From: Haplodiscus bocki
Taxonomy: Eukaryota
Reading direction: 5' to 3'
Length of the DNA: 64,000 bases
Assembly: GCA_965655095.1 (NCBI GenBank)
Contig: OZ296648.1
Coordinates: forward strand, 163,556,001-163,620,000
The number at the start of each line of letters is the position of its first letter. Position 1 is the first letter of the stretch. Below the pieces are notes generated by a model. It did no database searches. It had not been told where the DNA came from and was given only the letters and a program-made list of their open reading frames with translations. A program made the translations under genes and the position numbers. Positions 13,301 to 24,162 of this stretch are shown one piece after another.

Positions 13301-16300
13301 GACTTTTCTTCCATCGCGGAAGGAGTTCGGACCGCTGAGGAAACAGACGACGATGAAGATGAGTCAAGTCTTCCCCATGTCATCAGTAGCATACGTCATC
13401 CTAGCAACAACCTTCAAGAGGTCCAACCACATCGATCTTTGTCATCTCCACCTTTTTCATTCGCAGTATCTAAAGATGATTACTCTTCTATTCAATGGCA
13501 GTCTCTGAACTCGACGAAATTTAGCTTAGATCCTAACACTGCCAAGTCTGAGTTAGTATGGTTATTTCGTATGTTGTTGGAATACGTCACATGAACAGCA
13601 ATGTTGGTGAACTTTTGCATGTGGTATTATTTTAAGTTTATTTAAAAAGACCACTTTCGCATTAACATTCATCAGTTAGTCTAGATATTTTGTCCTTACA
13701 AAAAAATTCATCTCAAGCCTTATGGGCGCCTGTCTCCTGGAAAAAGTTTCTTGCTTTCAGAAGTGGCTTCAAACTCACACCTAATCAAGAGCCCCATTTG
13801 AACGACATCCGTACAGGAAACAGTAAAAGATCGTCGACAACGTCTACCAACAGCTCGACAGTTTCTGGCAAAAAACACAGCAGCAGTAAAATCTCTCAAT
13901 ACCTGTCACACTCAAGTTTCCTTGAAGAAATCAATGGAAAGAAATCAAGAGAAAACACTCACAGCCGGAATACTAGTCACAATTCCAGTGTGTCTATTAG
14001 TAATTCTGCTCATAAAAACGGTGAGAGTGTTATCAGGACTTCAGAATCTACCTCTGAGCAACAATCTCGTTCGACGACATCGTCCAATCATAAATCAGCG
14101 TTGTTGGATGTCCATTCTGGATTGTCCTCAGCTGCACGCTATACAGTGTCCTTCCATTCAACGTCTGAGTCGCCCTCGCCTATTGCTAAAAAGGAGAGCA
14201 GGGTTAAAGATACCAAGTCGGCCTTCAGTGGTCATCAATATTCCGGCAGTGCAACAGGATATATACCCACCGAAAAAGGTTCGTATTCAAACATGAGCGT
14301 AGTTTCTCAAAAGGTTAACTTGCTTAACCTAATTGGTACTTACTCAGGCGCAGTGCTTTTGTAATGGGCTCAAATTTACCACTAAGAAACGTTCTTGACT
14401 GTTTGAGTCAAATAGGATTACGTAAACTAAATGAATGAGAAGCAATCAAGCTTTAATAAAAAGGTAACAACGAAGCTGTGGTAAGTTTTGTAGTTCTTGG
14501 TATTTGTCGTTCCTATCAAACTGGGGTCTAACGCATAGTTAGCATCAAAGTGCTCCAATTAAGCGATGCCGGCCCAAGTTTACTTTTTATTTGCACCTAA
14601 CTGTCTCAGCTTTCAACTGCTACAGTATATTTCTTCTTCATAAGATACAGAACTGGTTTATAAACGAACTTGAAGAAAACTTGTTTTGTTTAGATGAGAA
14701 ACCTTGCTTGGGGAGATCACATAGAGAGAACGCCGAGTTAGAGGAGAAAGAATATTCGGACGACATGAACGAAAACTTGGTGAGTGACATCAGCAGCGAG
14801 ACTCGGGGCCTGACTAGCAGCAGCCCAGTACTTTCCAGAAAGCAACATGCACTATCAGGGGTACAGGACACAAACCAATCAGACATGAGTCAGTCAAACT
14901 CAAGGCCTCCTAACGGTGATTTAGTTGATAAAACATACGGTAACATGAACAATACAGAAACTGCGTGCTTTACTCCTCCTGAAAAGCAGTCGACTGCCTG
15001 CAATAAGAATGGAGGCAATATGAGTGAATTGCAATCTACTCCGCAAACATTTGGAAGCCAGAATTCGACTAATTGCTTAGGTTTGATGTTTATTCGCACT
15101 TTAGGCCTCGCAATAAGAGTAGCGGAAAGTTCCGTTTAGTGGAATGTGTGATATCAAGCACGGAGCGGTAAACACTCTTGATATTTCAAAAATTTAGCAA
15201 TTGAAACATATTGAGTTCATATTTTTAACGGAACTAAAATCTATTATGCTAATTGACTTAGTCATCGATGATTTCAGGTAATACGAACAATGACGGGCTC
15301 TCTGATTTGGAGCAAAGAGATAAAGAGCTCCAAGCTTACATACAAATGGTTAGTGTGTATCATAAAGTTTAGTAGCATAAAGCTCGAAAAGCTGTAACCT
15401 GAGGATTGTGTCAAAAAAAGACCATTGATCAGATTCCCATTCGGTTACCATTCCCATAAGTTTGATTAATTATAATTGTTTCCCTAGGATAAATTTTTAC
15501 GGGCGCTGGCTTTAGTGGCTGTGACAAATCGTTTGCTTTGCAGTTGCTGAATAAACCGAACAGTGTAACGGAAGGTGGTTTAGTTTCAAATGTGGGTTTT
15601 TCCTCTGCCAGAACCAACAACGACGTCACATCAGCAAGTGACAACTTGGGTAGAAGAGGGGCTCACTCCAGTTGCAGTAATAGAGACGTCATCAATACAT
15701 CTACGTCATCATCTCAAAACGTTCATTCCATCTCTCCACAAGTTAGTTTTGAGTGAATTGCAGTGAAACTTTTATAGCTGATGATTTTACTGCAGCGAAA
15801 TAGGGAAGTATTCACCCCAGTTAACCTAGAGTTTTGCTAATTTCGAAAAAAAAGTGGGTAAAAATCGTTAAATCGAATTTCCCAACAACCGCTTTTCTAG
15901 AAAATCAGCCATAGCGCATTTAAAAGGCCTATTATTGAGCTTCCTTGTTGGTCTTTTGATCCCCTGTTGCAACGCGCCCCTCTTCTTCTGTTGTAGTTTC
16001 TTCCGGTACCGCTGCTCCGCGGCCATTCCGTCATTCGGGGCTTCAAGTAACAACAGCGTACTGTTGTGTTATCATTCATCGAATATTGACGAGAAAAAAG
16101 GCGTTTTTTTACGGCTCACCTAAAATTTCCGCTTCAAAGCCTAATTCTGTTCAGTTGGACAAAATGACACCAGAATGTGAAGAATGTAGCGGTGGTAATG
16201 AAAATGAGTTAGTGTAAAACGGATTCGGTAGAAAAAATATAGTAAGCTACTTTAAAGTAGCTTAGGGTTAATAAGGGTTAAGTGTGGAAAGGCTTTCCCG

Positions 16301-16618
16301 AAAACTCACAAGACGTTTGATTACCTGAATTTCTGGAACCTTAAATATCTTCCTGTTCTGAGCACAATCTCTGAAATTTCCATCTGCGTGGGGGCGGGGA
16401 TTATTTTGTGGAAAACTGGGAAATCGTGGATTTGAATTGCTGGGATTGATTTTTCTGAGCTATAAAAAACGCTGAAAAACTTGTGACCAATAGAGTTAAA
16501 AGCAACTGAAAGTGATTAATTTTTACTTTAGAAAGGCTCATCTAATCAATCGTGTGAGAAGAAAGGGAGTGGAGGAAAAACATCTTCCAAAGGAACTGGC
16601 ACCAAGCCGTGGAAGTGA
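7379..16618 (+). CDS. Multi-exon coiled-coil plus Ser-rich low-complexity protein, 5' end not resolved (possibly centrobin-like). Exons: 7379-7697 (or 7703), 7907-8052, 8398-8781, 12808-12965, 13239-13551, 13761-14278, 14694-15080, 15278-15348, 15544-15741, 16532-16618
   Basis: Junctions are GT..AG (first donor uncertain) and intron phases chain consistently (0,2,2,1,2,1,1,0,0) into one open frame. It reads from coiled-coil (LLDAECRKNKELKREIASVQK..SLSREMRSENEKQLREMKK..FQLKETIERNYKEV) through Ser-rich segments and DLEQRDKELQAYIQM|LLNKP to a final exon KGSSNQ..TKPWK*. The family assignment is weak. Confidence 0.75.
9580..9725 (-). repeat. tRNA-derived (SINE-like) repeat module, same family as 24960-25280
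   Basis: Contains GGTATAGTTTCCG..TAGCCTAT..GGGTTCGAA..GGAACCCTTTTG.CCTAC..GGCCAT.TAAAATG and TTCCAGTATAT, all shared with 24970-25275; B-box-like GGTTCGAA. Confidence 0.65.
12350..12420 (-). repeat. Degenerate tRNA-like module
   Basis: Minus strand reads GAGCCGTTGGCAGAGCATGGGACAGCGGCGCGACAGATCCCAGGTTCGAGCCCCGGACATGACGG, with A-box-like and B-box (GGTTCGAGCCC) remnants but no clean cloverleaf. Confidence 0.45.
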
Positions 16619-18191
16619 AACGGAATTTTAGAAATTAAAAAACAGTGATCAACTCTATATCTCAAGTTTACCTAAATGTGATTCTTCAATCATTCGAGAA
16701 GTTTCAAAAATTTCGCAACCTTTTCTCTGACAGCAATATAGTGTTTGTCTGATGGACCTGACGTATAATTCTTAATATCAATGGCTCTCAACAGTTTTTT
16801 GGCTGTTTTCAAAACTAGAAACCAATGTGCTCACATTGCAGTGATTTTTGCGGAGCCTATAATATTGCCATAATGAAGTAAAACTATCAATCTTGCTACA
16901 TTCCATTTAGTTCGACATAACTCTTGAGAGTTACGTGATTGTTTTTGTGTGACTACATTTTATTCCAGTGCCATACTTTCTTCATACAGTGCCTTATCTA
17001 CTTACCAAGCTACGTGAATACTTGATTTGTAATTGTAAATTACATTTGAACTTTGATGGAGTTGATTTTGATTTTGATCCCATATTTAGCTTTTAATGCG
17101 CAAATTGATTATTGTAAATATCAGATAACTGTTGAACGAACATGACTTTTTCCTAAATGTTTGGAAAGCTTATAGTCGGACAATTTTTTTGAAGAATGTT
17201 AGAACTAGTTTGAAAGATGCAAATAGCTATTGCCAGGGAAAGAGACAAACAAGCTTTTTGTTATCCCTTAGCGGCAGTGATAACCAGTTTTGTTATTTCA
17301 ACTATATTTCCTTAGTTGAACAACAAATTTTTTCCCAAAAAAAAAATTACAAACTACTAAACTTTTTGCAATACTAGACAAACCGGCAGCGGCCAAAGTC
17401 GAAGCTGCAATTAAGGTTCAATATATTTGAAGGAGTAGTCTTTGATGTTATGAAAATGTTGGGAGTTTTTTATAAGAACATTTTTAGTTTGAAAATTTTT
17501 GTTTCTGCCAAAGAAATGTAGGGATCCTTTGGTATTTTCAAATGTCACTAGTTTTTCTGCACTCGTTACAGTCATAATTTAATTTCAAGCGACACCTTTA
17601 ATGCATAAGTCAATTTTAAACACGAATAATTTCGGGAATAATCATTTTGGACAAAAGTACCAGTAACAAAATATCCTTAGAAATATTAGAAGATTTAATT
17701 GTGTTTGTTTGAAAAATATCCAATGAATAGAGCAAAAACTAGAAAATGCGTTTTTGGCCAAACTTTCCATTTTTTTCAGAACTTTGTGACGTTAAAAATT
17801 TAATTATGGATTTTTACTTCATCAATAGATGCCTCTGATGTTTCTGTGACAGCTGATATCATCTATCAGCATGAAAAATTTCAGAAACTGTTCTGAAGTC
17901 CATCTTGAATCCGCTAAGTTTAAAAATCAATGTATTAAAAAAGGATGTTAAATTTATATTTTTATTTTTTGCAGTATCTTCGGAAAGTTCAAAGTTGTGA
18001 AAAAAAGTGATGCAAATAGAAACTCTGGGGAATAACCGAAACTAGCAAATTGTCATTTGTTTTTTTTGCTATGTTCCGTCAAGATTTTTTGCAAAAACTG
18101 CCGAAATTAGTCAATATTCGCAATGCTTGCATAGTTTTACTAAACTTTGGAACACAATTTTCTACCCTTTTGAAGTATTTTTTTGAAGTAT

Positions 18192-18340
18192 AAATAAAAT
18201 AAGCATGTGGTAGCCCTTTTAATGAGCTTCTCAGAGTACTTTTGTTCATTCTGATCTCCTATTATTTTTTCCTTTTCCCACCCAGGATTTTGTAAAGCGT
18301 ATCACAATTGCTTAGTCACAAAAATTAAAATCATGACTAT
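18192..18340 (+). repeat. Intact copy of a local duplication; the second copy (18601-18677 + 19173-19238) is split by an insertion
   Basis: AAATAAAATAA.CAT.TG.TAGCC.TTT.ATGAGC.T..CAGAGTAC..CTGATCT and TTGTAAAGCGTATCA.AA.TG.TTAGTC.CA..AATTAAAATCATGACT are close together here but ~500 bp apart in the second copy. Confidence 0.7.
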
Positions 18341-18545
18341 AGTTTCTTAACCATTCACCTGGCATGCATCATGCTCTGAAGTTGAAAAACGAGCTCTACA
18401 AATAAAACTTGTGACAAATCCTTTTAAATTGGAGATAGTGAACCGTGTCTAGGTTTTTCAAAACTCTGACATTTTTTCTGACGTCATTGCTGAAAGAACG
18501 AACCAAGCAATTGAAAATCGTGAGCCAATAAAAAACGAGTCAACA
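18338..18545 (+). repeat. ~205 bp dispersed repeat, copy 1 (copy 2 at 22898-23103)
   Basis: TATAGTTTCTTA.C.TTCACCTGGC.TGCATCATG.T.TGAAGTTGA.AAACGAGCTCTACAAAT...TTCAAAACTCTGACA.TTTTTCTGACGT...GAAAATCG.GAGCCAATAAAA aligns colinearly between the two copies. Confidence 0.85.
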
Positions 18546-18677
18546 AAACTCAGTGAAAGTGATTCGGTTATGGCGTCTTGATGATCATTACTTTTTTTGG
18601 CAAATAAAATAACCATCTGATAGCCTTTTTCATGAGCCTTCCCAGAGTACCTTTCTTTACTCTGATCTATTAATATT

Positions 18678-19172
18678 TTACGCCATATTCATAATTTGAA
18701 AGCAAACTCTTCCTCTCAAATGGTGAATTTTTTTACTCGATGTTTGCCAATTGCGTTCACGTAAACGATGTTGGTCTACGTTTCTGAATGTGAAATTTTT
18801 TTCATCAAATTTTCTGCAAATTTGCCGTAGAATGCGACTGAGATAGAAAAATTCCTCAAAGCGAACGAAATTTGTTTTCTTTGAAGAAGTCAAGTTTGTT
18901 CGAAAAAAAACCTTTTTTTTTTCAAAATCGCTAAATGTGGCAATTTTTTGTAGAATGCGTATCAAGTGGTATTATTTCTTATAAATATCTTTCCCACCTT
19001 AATGGTGAGGTTTTTTTGGCTAAAAGGCAAAAAATTTCAAAGTTGGAAAAATTAGAAAATATGATGAAGAAACAAGGTAATTTGAAAAAAAAACGCTTTC
19101 ATCTTTCAAAAAGGTATCTTTACCCAAATGGGAAGGCGCAAAATATGCTGGTTGTGGCCGGCCGTCTTGTTT
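18678..19172 (+). mobile_element. Non-autonomous Helentron/DINE-1-like (HINE) insertion
   Basis: Interrupts a local duplication at a T-run. Ends in GCTGGTTGTGGCCGGCCGTCTTGTTT, the same hairpin+CTTGTT terminus as at 20787-20812. No target-site duplication is evident. Confidence 0.55.
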
Positions 19173-19376
19173 ACATATCGACTTGGGACATTGTAAAGCG
19201 TATCAAAACTGTTTAGTCGCATTAATTAAAATCATGACTGTTTGCTAGTAGGAAATAGCTTTTGTTTATTGTTATTTTTCGCAGTATATGTAATATACAA
19301 GAAAAATTATTCATTCAGTAGGGTCATTTTTCTTTTTTTTTAAACCAAAACTGCCAACTTTTCATTCAAAAATAAA

Positions 19377-19446
19377 TGACAGCAGTGGGGTTAGGACAAC
19401 AAGGTTCTCACGTGGTAGGTTCGGGGTTCGAGTCCCTGTCGTGTCA
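19377..19446 (+). repeat. tRNA-like module (pseudo-tRNA / SINE head) immediately upstream of the tandem array
   Basis: 70 nt with complementary ends (TGACA..TGTCA) and a T-arm/B-box GGGGTTCGAGTCCC; D and anticodon arms pair poorly. Confidence 0.5.
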
Positions 19447-19472
19447 AACCTTTTTACGATTTATCCTTAGTT

Positions 19473-20660
19473 TTTGATACCCGAATTAGTGAAACACTAA
19501 AGGGTTCCTTTAGGAAGTTGTTCGGCACTGTGAGACAAAAAATTTTCGATCGAAAATCTTGATACTCACACCTCCTCTTATCCAATCTTTTCCGATACCC
19601 GAAATTAATGCAACAGTAAAGGATTCCCCTACGGAAATTTCGGCACTGTGAGACAAAAAAAATTTCGACGGAAAAGCTTGATACCCCCTCCCCTCTAATC
19701 AAACTTTTTCGATACCCAAAATTAATGCAACAGTAAAGGATTCCCCTACGGAAATTTCGGCACTGTGAGACAAAAAAATTTCGACAGAAAATCGAAAATC
19801 GTGACATAACCCTCCGAAGCATAAAAATTTTCGATACCCGAAATCAGTGAAACACTAAAGGGTTCCTCTACGAATTTTTTCGGCACTGTGAAACAAAAAA
19901 AAATTCGACGGGAAATTGTGATATTCGCCCCCTCTCTTGTCCCTAATATTTTTCGATACCAGAATTTTTCTTGAACACAGAAGGGTTCCCCTACGAAGTC
20001 TTCGGTACTGTGAGACAACAAATTTTCTACAGAAAATTGTGATATGCCCCCTCTTATCTATAAATTTTCTCGATACCAGAAAACTTCCGGAAAACAGAAG
20101 GGTTCCTTTACAAAGCTTTCCGTTTCGGTCCTGTGAGACAAAAAATTTCGACAAAACCAAGATGCCCCCCTCTTATGCATGAAAATTTTCGATAAAAGAA
20201 GTTTTCTGAAACACCAAAGTGTTCTCCAATGAAATATTTCGGTACAGTGAGCAAAAACTTCGACGGAAAATCCTGATACCCCCCCCCCTCTCTTATCCAT
20301 AAAATATTTTTCCGTACCAGAAATTTTTCTGAAACACAGAATGCTTCCCTGGCGAAGTTTTTTCGGTCCTGTGAGATAAAAAAATTTTCGACAAAACCGT
20401 GAAGCTTCCCCCCTCCTTTGCTTGAAAATTTTCGATACCAGAATTCTTTCGAAACACAGAAGGGTTCTCCTACGAATTTTATCGGCACTGTGAGACAAAG
20501 ATTTTTCAACGGAGTTTAGTGATATCCCCTTCTTATGCATAAAATTTTTCGCTACCCGAAATTTTCTGATTCACCGAAGTGTTCCCCAACGAATTTTTTC
20601 GGTACTGTGAGGCAAAAAATTTTGAACGAAAAGTCGTGATACCCCCCTCTTTTGCATAGA
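19473..20660 (+). repeat. Tandem array of 10 x ~120 bp units within a Helentron/DINE-like element ending at ~20812
   Basis: Unit: TTTCGATACC(C/A)GAAAT..TGAAACAC..AAGGGTTCCCCTACGAA.TTTTTCGG.ACTGTGAGACAAAAAATTTTCGAC.GAAAATCGTGATA.CCCCCTCTTAT. The CTGTGAGAC-type core occurs near 19528, 19646, 19763, 19886, 20008, 20131, 20246, 20369, 20488 and 20605. Confidence 0.95.
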
Positions 20661-21184
20661 ATATAGAAATCAGTGGTGGAATTGATGTTTGTAGAAAACT
20701 TTCGCAAACCAGATTTTAAACAGTAGTCTCGTTTTTTAACTGTGGGCAAATGTTGATCAAAATATTTGTATTCCTGCGAAAAATATGCCGGTGCTAGCCG
20801 GCCGTCTTGTTTAATCTTATTCTTTCATTTTTAATTTGCCTCGCTTTCCCAAGATAGCGCGAACGTCACTATTTACTCTTAGATCTCAAGTACGTGATTC
20901 AATATTCTCATTGTAAATTTAATTTGCATCTTTCGCTTTTTCAATTTTGACTATTGATGGCGCCAAAACTTTCTTAATTCACAAAGCGTCGAAAAATTGC
21001 AAACTAATTGAAGAGGAAAATGGGCCTGTAGACAATTAAAATCGAATTTTTCGATTCTTTGAATAGCATGCTATTTTTGGACGTGTTTGGAATTTTTGCT
21101 AAATTCGCTTAATCCAAGTTTTTTTTTAACGTTGTAAGTTCTGAGCGTTTAGTGCCCTGCATCGTTGACGCCTATGTTTTTCAG

Positions 21185-22849
21185 ATGCCGTTTGTTTTTG
21201 GTTTCTGCAGGAGTCTCAGTCGTAAACATTTTCTGAAGCTCAGTACTTTCGCAGATCGGTGGAATCATTACCTTATAACAACTCCAATTTACTACTTGAA
21301 CTCAGTTCCTCATATTGGCCATGCTTACACATCGGTGCTTGCTGACGTATTGGGAAAATATCAGAAACTGATACAACCTTCGATTAATATATTTCTGTCG
21401 GTCGGAACAGATGAACATGGGATGAAAGTTAAGGAGGCCGCCAATCTAGTTAAGAACGGGCACAAACACCCTCTATCTTTCTGTGACGAGCAATCCAGGG
21501 TTTTTATGAACTTGTTTGACGAACTTAATATTACTTACTCAGCTTTTGTCCGCACAACAGATGATAGCCACAAAGAGAAGGTGCAAAGTTTTTGGGATGA
21601 ATTGAAATGTGAAGGATTTATTTCGAAAGGAGAATATAAGGGTTGGTATTGCACAAGTGACGAAGAATTTGTGTCTGAAAGGGATATCATGGAATCAACA
21701 TTACCCAATGGAAGTGTCATTAAAGTATCGAAACATAGTGGAAGCTCAGTGGAATGTCTGACTGAACAAAATTATTTGTTTGATTTGAAGCCTTTTGAAA
21801 GTGACGTCAAGAAAGCTATTAATGAAGGTTTGGTGCGGCCCAAAGTATACGGAGACATTGTTTTGAAATGGATAGAGGAGGAAGGAATTATGAATCAACA
21901 TTTGTCTATTTCTAGGCCACGTGACCGATGTGATTGGGGCATTGAGGTGCCCGGGGATCCTACTCAAACTATTTACGTGTGGTTAGATGCTTTGGTCAAT
22001 TATCTGACAGTCAGTGAAACTAATAAAATCATCAACAACTTTTGGCCGGCTGAAATACAGATTGTTGGTAAAGATATTTTGAAGTTCCACGCTGTTTTCT
22101 GGCTCAGTTTTCTTTTAGCGACCGGAAGAAAGTTACCACAAACCATTTTATGTCACTCACATTGGCTTTCGGAGGGTAGAAAAATGTCAAAATCCAAAGC
22201 AAATGTTGTTGACCCTTTTAAATTCTTGGGCGCCAATTGTTCTGATATTTTGAGACTCTATTTATCTCAAGGTATGGTGGCTAGAGATAACAATTTCAGT
22301 ATTAAGGCTGTCCAAGAGTTATCGGATAATTTCGCCAATGTGTTTGGAAATGCGCTTGGACGCGTTATGAACCAGAAATGCTTAGATATAATTGAAACGG
22401 CCTTCCCAGATCCTTCACAATTACAAATGGAAGAGGTTTTGAATAGCAGTGCTGAAACCTTGAACAAATTGGAAGAAGCTATATCGAAATGTAAAATGCA
22501 TTATTCAACTTATCAAATTCATTCAGTTTGGCAGACCGTTTCTGAAGTTTTGAATTCATTGAACAAATTTATCCAGGATTCCAAATTCTGGAAGCGGTAC
22601 GACGATGTTAATTATGTATCCAGTATTCTCTACATTTCTTTCGAAGTTATGCGTTGTTGTGCTATCTTGTTATGGCCTATAACTCCATTGACTTCGACTG
22701 AACTACTTGAGCGCTTGGCAATTAGGCCCAATGAAACATGCTTGAGTTATTGCAAATCATACATTTCTGAAGGAGACGCTCCTCCTTGGAAGAATCGAAG
22801 TCTGTATCCTAGTAAGATTCCTCTGGTTCGAAAAACGGAGTTTTTGTGA
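21185..22849 (+). CDS. MARS2: Methionine--tRNA ligase, mitochondrial type (554 aa, no intron in CDS)
   Basis: Class I motifs are present: TTPIYYLNSVPHIGHAY (HIGH), GTDEHG, RTTD, SISRP..WGI.VP, YVWLDALVNY, GKDILKFHAVFW and KMSKS. It has an Arg/Ser-rich N-terminal transit-like peptide from the ATG at 21185 and no C-terminal appended domain. Confidence 0.95.
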   Translation: MPFVFGFCRSLSRKHFLKLSTFADRWNHYLITTPIYYLNSVPHIGHAYTSVLADVLGKYQKLIQPSINIFLSVGTDEHGMKVKEAANLVKNGHKHPLSFCDEQSRVFMNLFDELNITYSAFVRTTDDSHKEKVQSFWDELKCEGFISKGEYKGWYCTSDEEFVSERDIMESTLPNGSVIKVSKHSGSSVECLTEQNYLFDLKPFESDVKKAINEGLVRPKVYGDIVLKWIEEEGIMNQHLSISRPRDRCDWGIEVPGDPTQTIYVWLDALVNYLTVSETNKIINNFWPAEIQIVGKDILKFHAVFWLSFLLATGRKLPQTILCHSHWLSEGRKMSKSKANVVDPFKFLGANCSDILRLYLSQGMVARDNNFSIKAVQELSDNFANVFGNALGRVMNQKCLDIIETAFPDPSQLQMEEVLNSSAETLNKLEEAISKCKMHYSTYQIHSVWQTVSEVLNSLNKFIQDSKFWKRYDDVNYVSSILYISFEVMRCCAILLWPITPLTSTELLERLAIRPNETCLSYCKSYISEGDAPPWKNRSLYPSKIPLVRKTEFL

Positions 22850-22897
22850 AATTATGAAAATTTTCAATTTTTGTGCGTAAACTTGTGAATAATGATG

Positions 22898-23103
22898 TAT
22901 AGTTTCTTACCCTTTCACCTGGCTTGCATCATGTTATGAAGTTGAGAAACGAGCTCTACAAATGAGACTTTTGAAAAATCCTTTATAAAATGAAGATAGC
23001 GAAACATGTCTCGGCTTTTCAAAACTCTGACAATTTTTCTGACGTAATTGTCGAAAGAACGAGGCAAGCAAGTGAAAATCGCGAGCCAATAAAACACGGG
23101 TAA
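22898..23103 (+). repeat. ~205 bp dispersed repeat, copy 2, in the MARS2-RPB11 spacer
   Basis: Colinear match to 18338-18545; contains TGACGT and CCAAT motifs. Confidence 0.85.
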
Positions 23104-23325
23104 ATCGAAGCCAAAAAATACGAACGGATCTTCAAAATGTCGTGGACAGACTGAAAAGTTAATCTGCCGATCTGGCAGAAGGCTTTGCTTGTATTTAAAA
23201 TAGAGGCAACTACTCATCCTAAAAGTATCAGGCTCTTCTAATCTTTGATAAATTATGATCTGCTTGATTGCCAAGTCGAAGTTACTTTAGCAATCTGCTG
23301 ATGGTTCATCCTGTTTCAGATAATA

Positions 23326-24162
23326 ATGAACGCACCGCCCGCATTTGAATCGTTTTTGTTGCATGAAGGAGAAAGAAAGCTAACAGTTCAGAAGGACACT
23401 AAAGTTCCAAACGCAGCACATTTCACTTTGAATCGAGAGGACCACACCCTGGGCAATATGATCACAAATCAACTTCTCAAAGTTAGTCATCAAAATATTG
23501 CATAATTATGTGCTCGCCTTTACCGCCAAGCATCGCCTAGCTAACTTCTTAGAAATTTTATTTCACGGTAAATGTTTGGTGTTCCAGTACAGTCAAAAAT
23601 AACATACCAGTTCTCAAAAACAACAAAGGCCCCCTCCCTATCATATAGTTTTGGTGAAGTCAGACAAAAAACAGTGATACCACTTTGATGTATAAAAATT
23701 GGCGATACCAGAAACACCAAAAGGTGACCGATAAGAATTTTTCAGATATTTGAGGCAAAAATTTCGACAGAAAAAATGGGAAACCCCTTATATGGTTTAC
23801 CCAAATCTTCGCGCACGATAGATGGGCTGTGGAGGCTTTGAACTGGGTTCGGCTTGTTTATCTTGAATTTGTTTGTTATTGTTTAAGCCTATCTCTTCAA
23901 CAGTTTTCGCGACACTCCGAACTGTAGTGATTTAGTGGTCATGCATACTTTTATGTTTCAGGATCCATGTGTTATTTTTGCCGGTTATCGACAGCCTCAT
24001 CCTTTGGAACATAGTGTTGTGATCAGAGTGCAGACAACCCCTGGCAGGTCACCCCACGATGCTTTCAAAGAGGCCGTCAGTGATTTACTCTCAGAAATGT
24101 CCCTCATCGAGGAAAGATTCAAGGAATCGATCCAACAACAAGTGGGGGATGCATTCTCTTGA
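23326..24162 (+). CDS. POLR2J: DNA-directed RNA polymerase II subunit RPB11 (118 aa); exons 23326-23481 and 23962-24162, 480-nt phase-0 intron
   Basis: Exon 1 translates to [52 protein letters not shown], followed by donor GTTAGT. After acceptor TTTCAG, exon 2 gives [47 protein letters not shown]. These are hallmark RPB11 motifs. Confidence 0.97.
23640..23810 (+). repeat. Degenerate ~1.5 units of the 120 bp tandem-array family inside the RPB11 intron
   Basis: GTCAGACAAAAAACAGTGATACC..GATACCAGAAACACCAAAAGG..TGAGGCAAAAATTTCGACAGAAAA resembles the units at 19473-20660. Confidence 0.65.

Noticed and set aside
19473-20660. CRISPR-like regular array and overlapping ORFs 19454-20749
   Set aside because: Whole units are homologous with no unique spacers, there are no cas genes, and the context is eukaryotic. 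The ORFs are translations of the repeat.
21152-21184. ORF-track starts at 21152 (MARS2), 23935 (RPB11) and 25550 (Drosha)
   Set aside because: These are non-ATG starts inside pyrimidine-rich acceptor regions. Better-supported boundaries are ATG 21185, exon 2 start 23962 and ATG 25592.
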